This document shows positions 1 through 8,436 of a stretch of DNA of 64,000 bases, piece after piece. The stretch comes from Chthoniobacteraceae bacterium. GTDB lineage: Bacteria > Verrucomicrobiota > Verrucomicrobiia > Chthoniobacterales > Chthoniobacteraceae. How positions within the stretch are numbered: the stretch's first letter is position 1; every line of letters begins with the position of its first letter. The translations under genes and the position numbers were made by a program. Where the stretch lies: contig JANNWY010000160.1 of assembly GCA_031409335.1 (NCBI GenBank), forward strand, positions 1 through 64,000, read 5' to 3'. Below the pieces are notes generated by a model, which saw only the letters and a list, made by a program, of their open reading frames with translations, did not search any database and had not been told where the DNA came from.

Positions 1-137
1 GCGATTTTTTGCGGTCTGTGAATAGGGTAGGTCTGCACTACAGCCACTTTTGGCTGTTTTCCGAGGATGCCTGTGCTGAAAATCAACGACTTGCGCCGCA
101 AAATATTTTCAACTGCCCGCGAATCCGCCAAGTCGGG
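1..137. mobile_element. Putative IS terminus (possibly IS1634-like) abutting a truncated gene; transposase not in window
   Basis: Non-coding, lower-GC stretch ending ...TCCGCCAAGTCGGG|TTA. The TTA is the premature stop of the 138..801 gene remnant. Contains GAAAATCAACGACTT and GCACTACA motifs that I recall from IS ends; family is a guess. Confidence 0.3.
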
Positions 138-801
138 TTAGGTTAGCGCAGCGTTCTTCCGGCGGACGAATTCGATGGTCAAACGACGGTTGACGCCGCT
201 CCCGGTGTAGCCTGCGACCGGCAGCCCCGCGAGTCCGGTGCCCGGCGTCAGCGCCGCGATGTCAGGCCGCACGGGATTCAGGTTGAACGCCCATTCCGCC
301 AGATTGTTTGTGCCGTCCTGGTCGTAGTCTTGAGTCGGCCCGTAAAATGTCGTGCCGAAGTATTGCAGTTCCCATTGATCGGGCAGGCGGACGTTGTCCT
401 CGTACTTCGTCAGGACGTTTTGCCGTTCCGGGTGAAGGTGATGGATTGCGACGTGGCTGCGGTATTCACGAAGCGCACGTAGTAGGTCTGATTCGGCTGC
501 CACGGGCACCCGGCGGTCGAGAGCGGCTGATTCAGCGATCTGTTCGCGCCGGAAGAAATGAGGTGCTGCGTCCCCGTCGTGCCGGGCAGCGTGCCCTGCT
601 CCATGCGCACGGTCACGCTGCTCGCGTGGGTCGAGGAAACCTTGAAGCGCGTCGCCTCGGGCGGCACGGGAATCCGAGATAGCACGGAACTCCTGTGCGG
701 GATGTTCGTCGTCACCGTGCCAGAGTAAAAGTCGAGGCTCGGCAGCACACCGATCGTCCCGCCGCTGGTCGCGTTGCTCAGCGAAAACGTCGCGTCGTTG
801 T
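138..801 (-). pseudogene. C-terminal remnant of a large secreted protein (frameshifted, truncated)
   Basis: One frame reads NDATFSLSNATSGGTIGVLPSLDFYSG...ITFTRNGK. It continues in another frame as NVLTKYEDNVRLPDQWELQYFG...DYDQDGTNNLAEWAFNLNP...RLTIEFVRRK after a 1-nt loss in the T4 run at 418-421. No start codon; ends inside the C-terminal domain. Confidence 0.7.
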
Positions 802-981
802 TTCTGAAAATTTACGATTCAAAGATCGCCCCGCTGCCCGCGGGGCCGCTATCCGAGCTTCGAGGTTCTTGCCCGATTGCAGGAAGAATTGCCGGACCCT
901 CGGCAGCATCAATTCGGGCCAGTTGTAAGCTCCCCTGTCAAAACTCGATCTTGACCGCAGAGCCAAAATCCGGTTTCTAAA

Positions 982-1803
982 ATGCAGCAATCGTCACGAT
1001 TGCCTGCGGCTCAAAACATCCGTCATCCCGTGAAAACTCCCCACCACGTCGCGGCCATCCCGCAAACCAGCGTCACCCCGCTCGGCAGCAGGCGGTTTCC
1101 GTCCCTCGTGCCCAAGCTGCGCTTGGGCACGCCCTTGGGAGCGAAGCTCTGCTTCGCAGGCGGGGGCGTCCGCGGGGCTGCACGCGCGTCCGCCGGCCCC
1201 GCGCGCTCCAGTCCCACCCGCCGAGGAGGCGGAGGGGACAAGCGGGGGAAGGTGGGTGGGCGAGCCAGACACCCCCTCCACGCGAAGCACAGCTTCGCCC
1301 GCCGAGGTGGCGGCGTACGGGACAAGCGGTGGCCGGTGCCACGGGCGAGCACTGGCATTCCCAAGCGCAGCTTGGGAACGAGGTCCGCACCGGGTGTGTC
1401 GTCCAGGCCGCAGACCCAGCTGCACACCACCTTTGCCATTGTGGACACCCACCCCGCGGCCAGCGCGGCGCGTCAGGCGTATCCCGACAGGCATCCCGGC
1501 GGCTCGCACCTTCCCGAGACCGGAGCCGCGGAAGTCGATACCCTCGGCTACCTCTTCTTCGGTTCCCAGACCGACGCCGTTTACCATCTCGCCTTCACCT
1601 TCCCGCACGCGGACCCGGCTTTGCAGCTGCAATTCTCCGGCATCGGACTGGAGCGCCTGAACGATGAGAGTTGGGGCATCGACAACGTCAGCGTGAGCCT
1701 CGCCGGCGTCCCGGAGCCAACGGTGGCTGTCTCGTTGCTGATCGGCTTCGGTTTGCTGGCGGGTCGGCGATGCCCTTTGGTAAAAAGGAAAGCAACGAGT
1801 TGA
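982..1803 (+). pseudogene. PEP-CTERM surface protein gene interrupted by an in-frame REP doublet
   Basis: C-terminus DESWGIDNVSV...VPEPTVAVSLLIGFGLLAGRR is PEP + TM + basic tail. Codons across 1104-1383 are repeat-derived and low-complexity. No signal peptide. Confidence 0.65.
1104..1383. repeat. REP doublet / REPIN-like inverted repeat element
   Basis: CCTCGTGCCCAAGCTGCGCTTGGGCACGC (1104-1132) is the inverted partner of GCATTCCCAAGCGCAGCTTGGGAACGAGG (1355-1383). Inner palindromes GCGAAGCTCTGCTTCGC (1141-1157) and GCGAAGCACAGCTTCGC (1282-1298). Confidence 0.85.
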
Positions 1804-1860
1804 TAGATGAATGGGGTCAAACAGATGCAGGCGCAGACATCCGACCTTCCCCATCCAGCC

Positions 1861-3769
1861 ATGAAAACCATCCGACAGATCCTCACTAGTCTTTGCGCCC
1901 TACTCCTCCAGTTTTCCTCCGTCGCCGCGCCGGGCGATCTCGATCCGCTGGATGCCGATGTCGTAGGCGAGTTCGTTTTAACCACGGCAGTGCAGCCAGA
2001 TGGGAAAATCATCATCGGGGGGAAGTTTACCTCGGTACTTGGGGTTCCGCGCAGCAACATCGCGCGGCTCAATGCCAACGGGAGCATCGACATGGACTTC
2101 GATCCCAAGGCGAACGGCCAGGTCATTAGCGTAGCGGTGCAGGGGGACGGGAAGATTGTGCTTGGAGGCACGTTCACCACGCTCCAACCGAACGGGGCTG
2201 CGACCCCAACCGCGCGGCAGTATGTCGCGCGGGTCAATGCCGATGGCAGTCTCGACTCGGGTTTCGATCCCAAGCCGGGCAACACTGTCACCAGCGTGGT
2301 GGTGCAGGCGGATGGAAGGATTGTGCTCGGGGGGGGCATTCGTTTCGCTCCAGCCGAACGGGGCCGCGAGCGCGGCCTTTCGGCAGTTTATCGCGCGCGT
2401 GAGCGCCAACGGGAGCCTCGACACGGGCTTCGATCCCAAGGCGAACGGATTCGTCATTAGCGTAGCGGTGCAGGGGGACGGGAAGATTGTGCTTGGAGGC
2501 ACGTTCACCACGCTCCAGCCAAACGGAGCAGCGTTCGCGACTGCGAGGCAGTATGTCGCGCGGGTCAATGCCGACGGCAGCCTCGACGCGGGTTTCGATC
2601 CGAAGGCGAACAACTACGTAAGCACGGTGGCGGCCCAGGCGGACGGAAAGATTCTCTTCGGGGGCGATTTCAGTGCAGTCCAGCCGAACGGGGCCACGAG
2701 CGCGACCCTGCGCACCGGGATCGCGCGGGTGAATGCCGACGGGAGCCTCGACACGGGCTTCGATCTCCATGTAGGGGGTTTGTCTGATGAGGTTCTTAGC
2801 ATGGCCGTGCAGGCAGACGGGAAAATTCTCCTCGGGGGCGACTTCTCTTCGCTTCAGCCGAATGGAGCACCGAGTGCGACCGCGCGGCGGTTTGTCGCGC
2901 GGGTCAATGCCGACGGGAGCCTCGATGCGGGCTTCGATCCCGCGCCGAACTTCACGGTCAATTGGGTGGCAGTGCAGGCGGACGGGAAGATTTTGCTTGG
3001 AGGCAGGTTCGCCGCGCTCTGGCCAAACGGAGCGGCGTCGCCGACCACGCGCAGATACTTCGCGCGGCTGAACAACGACGCCGCGACCCAGACCCTCAGC
3101 GCGCCAGATGCAAGCCAGGTGCTCTGGCAGCGCGGCGGGGGCTCCGCGGAGGTGTCAATGGTGACATTCGAGCTGAGTATCGATGGCGGTGCGAACTGGA
3201 CATTCCTGGGCAACGGCACGCGCATGGGAAACACTTCAAATTGGCAGCTCACCGGCCTTACTCTCCCAGCCAGCGGCCAGCTCCGCGCCCGCGGGCGCAC
3301 CGCCGACGGCTCCGGGCTAATCGAGCAGGTCGCGGTCTTCTCATTTCTTACGTCCATCCAGCAATGGAAACTCACCCAACTCGGCGACGCCAACGCCCCC
3401 GACCTCGGCGACACCGACTTCGACGGCCTCGTCCACCTCGCCGAATACGCGCTGAACCTTTCCCCCACCGCGCCCAGCCTCCCGCCGCCCGCCGAGCGCC
3501 ACCTTTACGCCGAAGGCGAACGGCTGCGGATGTTCTTCACGCGCGACCCGGCGCGCAACGACGTGACCCTCGAAGTGCAGTCCGCCGACAGCCCCGCCGG
3601 CCCGTGGACGACCGTGGCCGCGAGCACGCTCGGCGGCGTCACCACCGGCCCCGGCTACGTCGGCGGCGATGACGCGACGCCCGGACTCAAGACCGTCGAG
3701 GTCCGCGACACGGTGGACATTTCCCCCACGACCGCCTCGCGCTACCTGCGCGTGAAGGTGACGCATTGA
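1861..3769 (+). pseudogene. Secreted delta-60 repeat (beta-propeller) protein, frameshifted at G8 (2329-2336)
   Basis: Signal peptide MKTIRQILTSLCALLLQFSSVAA; repeated AVQxDGKIxxGGxF...ARVNADGSLDxGFDP units. ORFs 1807..2460 and 2156..3769 join into one gene if one G is removed. Confidence 0.85.
3624..3769 (+). repeat. 146-bp direct repeat, copy 1 (3' end of the delta-60 gene including TGA)
   Basis: Matches 4704-4849 with 10 mismatches, all within 3696-3730. Confidence 0.95.
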
Positions 3770-3776
3770 ATGGCTC

Positions 3777-3800
3777 GTAGCTCATGCGGCCCCCCGCATG
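3777..3800 (+). repeat. GTAG-type REP element
   Basis: GTAGCTCATGCGGCCCCCCGCATG (GTAG + hairpin); second copy inverted at 19100-19123. Confidence 0.65.
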
Positions 3801-3990
3801 GATCGACCCTCGCGCGGAGCGCCTCTCTCAAGGGAACCCGCGCGCCGGGGAAGTTTGTCGCTGCGCGCGTGGGTGGAATAGCTACCTGACTGCCCCCCCA
3901 CGCTGGTCCCACTTTTCAATCACACGTTCTTGCGGACGATGCGAAGAATCCGCCTTGCGGGTGGCGAGAGGAGCGCATTAGTTCTTCGCC

Positions 3991-4260
3991 ATGAATTCGA
4001 CCGTGAACGAAGCGGAAATTTGGAGCCGGACGATCCAGCCCGAATCGGGCAGCTTTCCGATGGCGGCCGCGCAGGAGTTCCTGCGGCTGCGCCTCTCGGA
4101 TGCGGATGAGCAACGGGTGCGCGAACTTTCCGCGAGGGCGAACTCGGGCGATTTGAGCGTGGAGGAGGCGCAGGAGTTGGATCACTACCTGAATGTGGGG
4201 CGGTCGCTGGAGCTGCTCAAGGCGAAGGCCCGCGCGTCCCTGCGTGCGGCGGTCTGCTGA
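3991..4260 (+). CDS. Small helical protein, putative antitoxin partner of the downstream HNH nuclease
   Basis: 89 aa; ...RELSARANSGDLSVEEAQELDHYLNV...LLKAKARASL is typical of small ORFs preceding HNH genes; 8-bp gap to the HNH gene. Confidence 0.7.
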   Translation: MNSTVNEAEIWSRTIQPESGSFPMAAAQEFLRLRLSDADEQRVRELSARANSGDLSVEEAQELDHYLNVGRSLELLKAKARASLRAAVC

Positions 4261-4268
4261 TCGCTCGC

Positions 4269-4670
4269 ATGGATCAGGCAACGGAGCGGGCGGTTCGCGA
4301 GAGGGCTGCGCATCGTTGCGAATACTGTCACTTTCCCGAGAGGTTCGCGGAGTTGCCGTTCCATCTCGATCACGTCATTGCGCGGCAACATGGCGGGGAG
4401 ACGACGCTGGAGAACCTCGCGCTGGCGTGCTGCTTCTGTAACCGATTCAAGGGACCAAACCTGAGCGGCATCGACCCCGACACGCGCGAGGTGGCGCTGC
4501 TTTTTCATCCACGCCAGCACGTCTGGCAGGAACACTTCGGCTGGGATGTGGCGCGGTTCCTCGGTCGCACGCCAACGGGCCGCGCCACGATCCACACACT
4601 CCGCCTCAATCGTGCGGATGCCGTGGCTGTGCGCGATCTCTTGATGGCTGAAGAAGTGTATCCACGGTAG
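4269..4670 (+). CDS. HNH endonuclease (putative toxin)
   Basis: CEYC...FHLDHVIARQHGG...NLALACCFCNRFKG zinc-finger HNH motif. Confidence 0.9.
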   Translation: MDQATERAVRERAAHRCEYCHFPERFAELPFHLDHVIARQHGGETTLENLALACCFCNRFKGPNLSGIDPDTREVALLFHPRQHVWQEHFGWDVARFLGRTPTGRATIHTLRLNRADAVAVRDLLMAEEVYPR

Positions 4671-4703
4671 GACAACGTGGGATAGTATTCACAGTAACCG
4701 TCG

Positions 4704-4849
4704 GCACGCTCGGCGGCGTCACCACCGGCCCCGGCTACGTCGGCGGCGATGACGCGACGCCCGGACTCAAGACCGCGGAAGTGCGCGACACCGTGAACCT
4801 TTCCACCGCCACCGCCTCGCGCTACCTGCGCGTGAAGGTGACGCATTGA
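4704..4849 (+). repeat. 146-bp direct repeat, copy 2 (orphan gene tail)
   Basis: Encodes TLGGVTTGPGYVGGDDATPGLKTAEVRDTVNLSTATASRYLRVKVTH* with no start codon or upstream gene body. Confidence 0.95.
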
Positions 4850-4898
4850 GGAACGCGTGGGAAGGAGGACGATGCGCATGATGACAAGATCACGGCCC

Positions 4899-4927
4899 TT
4901 GCGAGCCGTCGGGCGCGACGATAGCCT
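4899..4927 (+). promoter_or_regulatory. Sigma70-like promoter, probably leaderless
   Basis: TTGCGA-N17-TAGCCT, with the GTG start 6 nt downstream. Confidence 0.45.
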
Positions 4928-4933
4928 GCCGCT

Positions 4934-5275
4934 GTGAGCACGCTGACGCAGACGCTTCTCCATGAACTACAGACCGCGCCGGAACCGGTGCAGCGGGAGG
5001 TGCTGGTTTTTTTGCTCTTCATCAAGGAGCGCAGCCGGGAGCAGGGAAGGGGCATCGAACGGACGCCGGGAGTTTGTGGTGGAGACGCGTGTGTGGCGGG
5101 CACGCGCCTCCCAGTGTGGTCGATCGAGCAGGGCCGGCGGCGCGGGTTCACCGAGGATGAGTTGTTGGTGAATTATCCGACCCTCCGCCGAAGCAATCTT
5201 CCTGCGGTTCGGGACTATGTGAAAACGCATGCCGCGGAAATCGAGCAGGCGATTCGCGAGAACGAGCAAGCCTGA
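4934..5275 (+). CDS. DUF433-domain antitoxin
   Basis: IERTPGVCGGDACVAGTRLPVW...ELLVNYPTL matches the DUF433 pattern. Confidence 0.85.
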   Translation: MSTLTQTLLHELQTAPEPVQREVLVFLLFIKERSREQGRGIERTPGVCGGDACVAGTRLPVWSIEQGRRRGFTEDELLVNYPTLRRSNLPAVRDYVKTHAAEIEQAIRENEQA

Positions 5276-5281
5276 TCCACG

Positions 5282-5626
5282 GTGGCTGCGCGCCTGTATT
5301 CCAACGAGAATTTTCACCGCCTCGTGGTCGAGACCCTTCGGGAGTTGGGACACGACGTTCTCACTTCTTAGGAAGCCGGACGGTCGAACCATCGCGTCCC
5401 GGACGACGAGGTGATTCAGTTTGCGGCGGGTGAAAGGCGCGCGGTGCTCACATTCAACCGGCTGCATTTCGTCCGTCTTCATCGCAGCACCGAAGGCCGG
5501 CACACGGGCATTGTCGTCTGCTCGGAAGACCATGATGTGCGAGCGCTCGCGGAGCGGATCGACCGGGCCATTCAGGAAGCCGGTGTGTTGTCTGGCCAAC
5601 TACTGCGCGTAAATCGACTGGGATAA
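5282..5626 (+). pseudogene. DUF5615/PIN-like toxin with an internal amber stop
   Basis: VAARLYSNENFHRLVVETLRELGHDVLTS*EAGRSNHRVPDDEVIQFA...AVLTFNRLHF...HTGIVV; in-frame TAG at 5369-5371 (codon 30). Confidence 0.85.
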
Positions 5627-5689
5627 TCGCTGCGATCTCGCGCGATTTCAAAGGTCGCCTGCGCGATCACCGGCGCAGTCGGCCCCGTG

Positions 5690-6436
5690 TTAATCGGCGT
5701 GTCGCGATCGATCACAATCGCCGCCGCCGACACGCGCGATTTGCCGGAAGAAGCGGATGCCTTCGGGAGCGAGGTTCACATTTCCACTGCCGGAAGAGAG
5801 GGCGGGTTCGCCGATGTCGTATTGGGAGTTCGCGTTCGTGTCGGTCCAGGCGAGCGTGCCGAGATCCTGCACCCAGGCGCGTCCGGTGAAGATGCTCGAT
5901 TGCGCGCCGGCGGTGGCGTTGACGAGATGATACCAGTCCTGCCCGGCGGCAAACTTGTCGCTGCGCAGGACGAGGCCATCGGAGCCGGTGCGCTCGGATT
6001 TGCGACTGGCGGGGATGCTGGCGGTGGTTTGCGGGACGGCGGTTTGGGAGAGGTAGAGATCGGCCTCGCCGGCGGCGACGGTGAGGCGCGTTTCCCATGC
6101 GCCGATGTCGGTGGCCTGGGCGTTGATGTGGAAGTAGTGGCGTCCGGCGCGGGTGCTGGTGTTGGTGAGGGCTTGCATGGCAGCGTTGATCGCGAGATTG
6201 CGCAGGGCATTGAGCGTGAGCGTGGCACTGGTGCCGGCGTTGAGCGAGGTCTGGATCGTGGTTTGATTCGCGACCGCGGCGTTCGCCGTCGGCGTGAAGA
6301 CATTGGGATTGCCGCCGCTGAAAGTCCCGCCGCTGGTCGCCGCCGTGGAAACGGTGACATCGCTGGCTGCGCGGAGATGCTGCACGGGGAGGAGGAACGA
6401 GGCGAGGAGAACCGCCAAGGGGTGCCGCGTTTTCAT
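5690..6436 (-). pseudogene. N-terminal fragment of a large secreted protein
   Basis: Signal peptide MKTRHPLAVLLASFLLPVQHLRAA, then an extracellular beta-rich domain (HYFHI...GEADLYL...EGIRFF) that runs into unrelated sequence. Confidence 0.6.
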
Positions 6437-6528
6437 GGCGCGGAGTGTGAGAGGAACGCCAGGGGCGTAAACAAGGTCGGAATCGTGTGTTCGCTATTGG
6501 TAGAATCGTGAAGTCTGAGTCTGGCCGC

Positions 6529-7311
6529 CTACTCGATCGGATATTTCCGCAGCCCGGAGAGCTGTCCGGCGATGCGCCAGAGGAAGAGCGGATTGTTGAC
6601 GAGATAACGCCGGGCCAGCCTGCGCGGCTCGCAGCACATGCGGAAAAACCACTCCATCCCCGCGCGCTGAATCCAGCGCGGAGCCTGCCGCACGCGGCCC
6701 GAGTGAAAGTCGAACGCCGCGCCGACTCCGGCCATCAGCGTGACATCGAGCTGGGGCAGATATTCCGCCATGAATCGCTCCTGTTTCGGCGTGCTGAGGC
6801 CGACCCACATCAGGTCCGGCTGCGCGGCGCGGACTTGCTCGGTAAGAGCGGCTTTTTCGATCGGACTGAGGGGACGGAATGGGGGCGTATAGGTGCCGAC
6901 GATCTGCACGCCGGGGAAACGCGCTTCGAGTTTCGCCTTCAGTTCCTCCGCGACACCGGGCGCGCCGCCGTAAAAGTAGTGTTTGAAATTCACCGTCTGC
7001 GTCGCGGCGAAAACCTCGCACATCAAATCCGGCCCATATACGCGCTGCACCTCGGGCTTCACATGATGCCGACCGAGCCAGACGAGTGGCATGCCGTCGG
7101 TCGTGTTGAGAAAGGAACCGTTCAGGATTTTGCGGAAACCCGGATCGTTCTGCGCCTCCGTCACGCCATGCACGCCGGTCACGCAGATATAGCCCTTTCG
7201 CCGCGCGCGCGCAGCTTCGAGGATCGCGTCCGTGGCGATGCGCAGATCCATCGCGCTCACGGAGACGCCGAGGACGTTGAAGCGGGGAATGGCGGAAGCG
7301 TTTTCGTTCAC
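6529..7311 (-). CDS. WecB/TagA/CpsF family glycosyltransferase
   Basis: DGMPLVW, RVYGPDLM, WVGLSTPKQE, GVGAAFDF, GMEWFFR motifs; start approximate (GTG 7311 or ATG 7326). Confidence 0.93.
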   Translation of the reverse strand: MNENASAIPRFNVLGVSVSAMDLRIATDAILEAARARRKGYICVTGVHGVTEAQNDPGFRKILNGSFLNTTDGMPLVWLGRHHVKPEVQRVYGPDLMCEVFAATQTVNFKHYFYGGAPGVAEELKAKLEARFPGVQIVGTYTPPFRPLSPIEKAALTEQVRAAQPDLMWVGLSTPKQERFMAEYLPQLDVTLMAGVGAAFDFHSGRVRQAPRWIQRAGMEWFFRMCCEPRRLARRYLVNNPLFLWRIAGQLSGLRKYPIE

Positions 7312-7359
7312 AAAGCGCGGGAGCATGTGGAAGGGGCGGACATTTTTGAACCTTGAACT

Positions 7360-7388
7360 TTGCCGCGAGCCGAAATCGCGCATACAAT
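7360..7388 (+). promoter_or_regulatory. Sigma70-like promoter of the exosortase gene, probably leaderless
   Basis: TTGCCG-N17-TACAAT, ATG 7 nt downstream at 7396. Confidence 0.55.
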
Positions 7389-7395
7389 CCGCCGC

Positions 7396-8436
7396 ATGTC
7401 CTCCACCACCGCACCGTCCGCACCCGCGCCCGGACCCGGCGAAGCCCTCTCGCGCCTGGGCCGCTGGGTCGCTGCCAAACCCATGCAGGCCGCGCTGCTG
7501 GCGGGCAGCATCGCGACGTTCGTGTGGTTTTTCTGTTTCGTCCCGATCTGGGTGAGCGGCGCCCAGACGACGTTGCACTGGTCGATCAACGCGTGGAACC
7601 ACAAGACCGGCGAGCAGTATCACGGCCGTTTCGTGCCGCTCGTCTCGCTCTTCCTCGTCTGGTACCGGCGCGACCGCTACTTTGCCGCGCCGAAGGGCGG
7701 CTCGAATTGGGGTCTCCTGTGGCTGGCGATCGGGATTTTGTGTTTCGTCATCGGCGCGCGCTGCCTGCAGCCGCGCTTCGCCCTGCTCGCCACCCCGTTT
7801 CTCTTTTACGGGGCCACCCTTTTCCTTTGGGGCCGGCACGTCGCCCGCCTCGCCCTGTTTCCCTGCGCATTCCTGGTTTTCATGCTGCCGTTTGCGTCGC
7901 TCGAGCAGGCCACTTTCAAACTGCAGTTCATCATCACCGGAGCCATCGGCGTCATGGCCAATCTCATCGGCATCACCGTCCAAACCGTCGGCACCACGCT
8001 CACCGCCCGCGATGGCAGCTTCAATTTCGAGATCGCCGAAGGCTGCAGCGGCGTCCGCTCGCTCTCGGCCATGAGCATGCTCACCGCCGTCTATGTCCAC
8101 CTCACGCAGGATCGCCTGTGGAAAAAAGTGTTCATCTTTGGCGCATCCCTGCTCTTTGCGATTTTTGGAAATGTGGGCCGCCTCTTTACGATCCTCGTCT
8201 TTGCCAAATACATCAGCCCCGATATCGCGGGCGGCCTTTACCACGACTACTCCGGCTTCCTCTTTTTCCCCATCGCCGTCATGGCCATGACGGGCTTCAG
8301 CCGACTGGTGAATCTCGACTGGAAAAAAATCTCCGACAAATGGACGAGGAACGAACAACAGCCGCCCGACGACTTTACCAAAGAGGAAAACAAACCCGCC
8401 GGAAAACCCGGTGCCCCGATCTCGTATGACTACTAG
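7396..8436 (+). CDS. Exosortase (EpsH/archaeosortase family)
   Basis: Multi-TM protein with IAEGCSGVRSL, GNVGR and YHDYSG, giving the Cys-Arg-His triad. Confidence 0.92.
   Translation: MSSTTAPSAPAPGPGEALSRLGRWVAAKPMQAALLAGSIATFVWFFCFVPIWVSGAQTTLHWSINAWNHKTGEQYHGRFVPLVSLFLVWYRRDRYFAAPKGGSNWGLLWLAIGILCFVIGARCLQPRFALLATPFLFYGATLFLWGRHVARLALFPCAFLVFMLPFASLEQATFKLQFIITGAIGVMANLIGITVQTVGTTLTARDGSFNFEIAEGCSGVRSLSAMSMLTAVYVHLTQDRLWKKVFIFGASLLFAIFGNVGRLFTILVFAKYISPDIAGGLYHDYSGFLFFPIAVMAMTGFSRLVNLDWKKISDKWTRNEQQPPDDFTKEENKPAGKPGAPISYDY

Noticed and set aside
778..990. Short ORFs between the gene remnant and the PEP-CTERM fragment
   Set aside because: No motif, ribosome-binding site or codon support; probably island-junction debris.
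1900..3100. Regularly spaced repeats as a CRISPR array
   Set aside because: They are ~165-bp coding delta-60 units with no unique spacers and no cas genes.
3624..4849. 146-bp repeat pair as a DGR template/variable repeat
   Set aside because: The mismatches are not adenine-specific in either copy, and no reverse transcriptase is present in the window.
5369..5371. TAG recoding (pyrrolysine or an alternative code)
   Set aside because: TAG ends several intact genes in the window and no pyl genes are present; a nonsense mutation is simpler.
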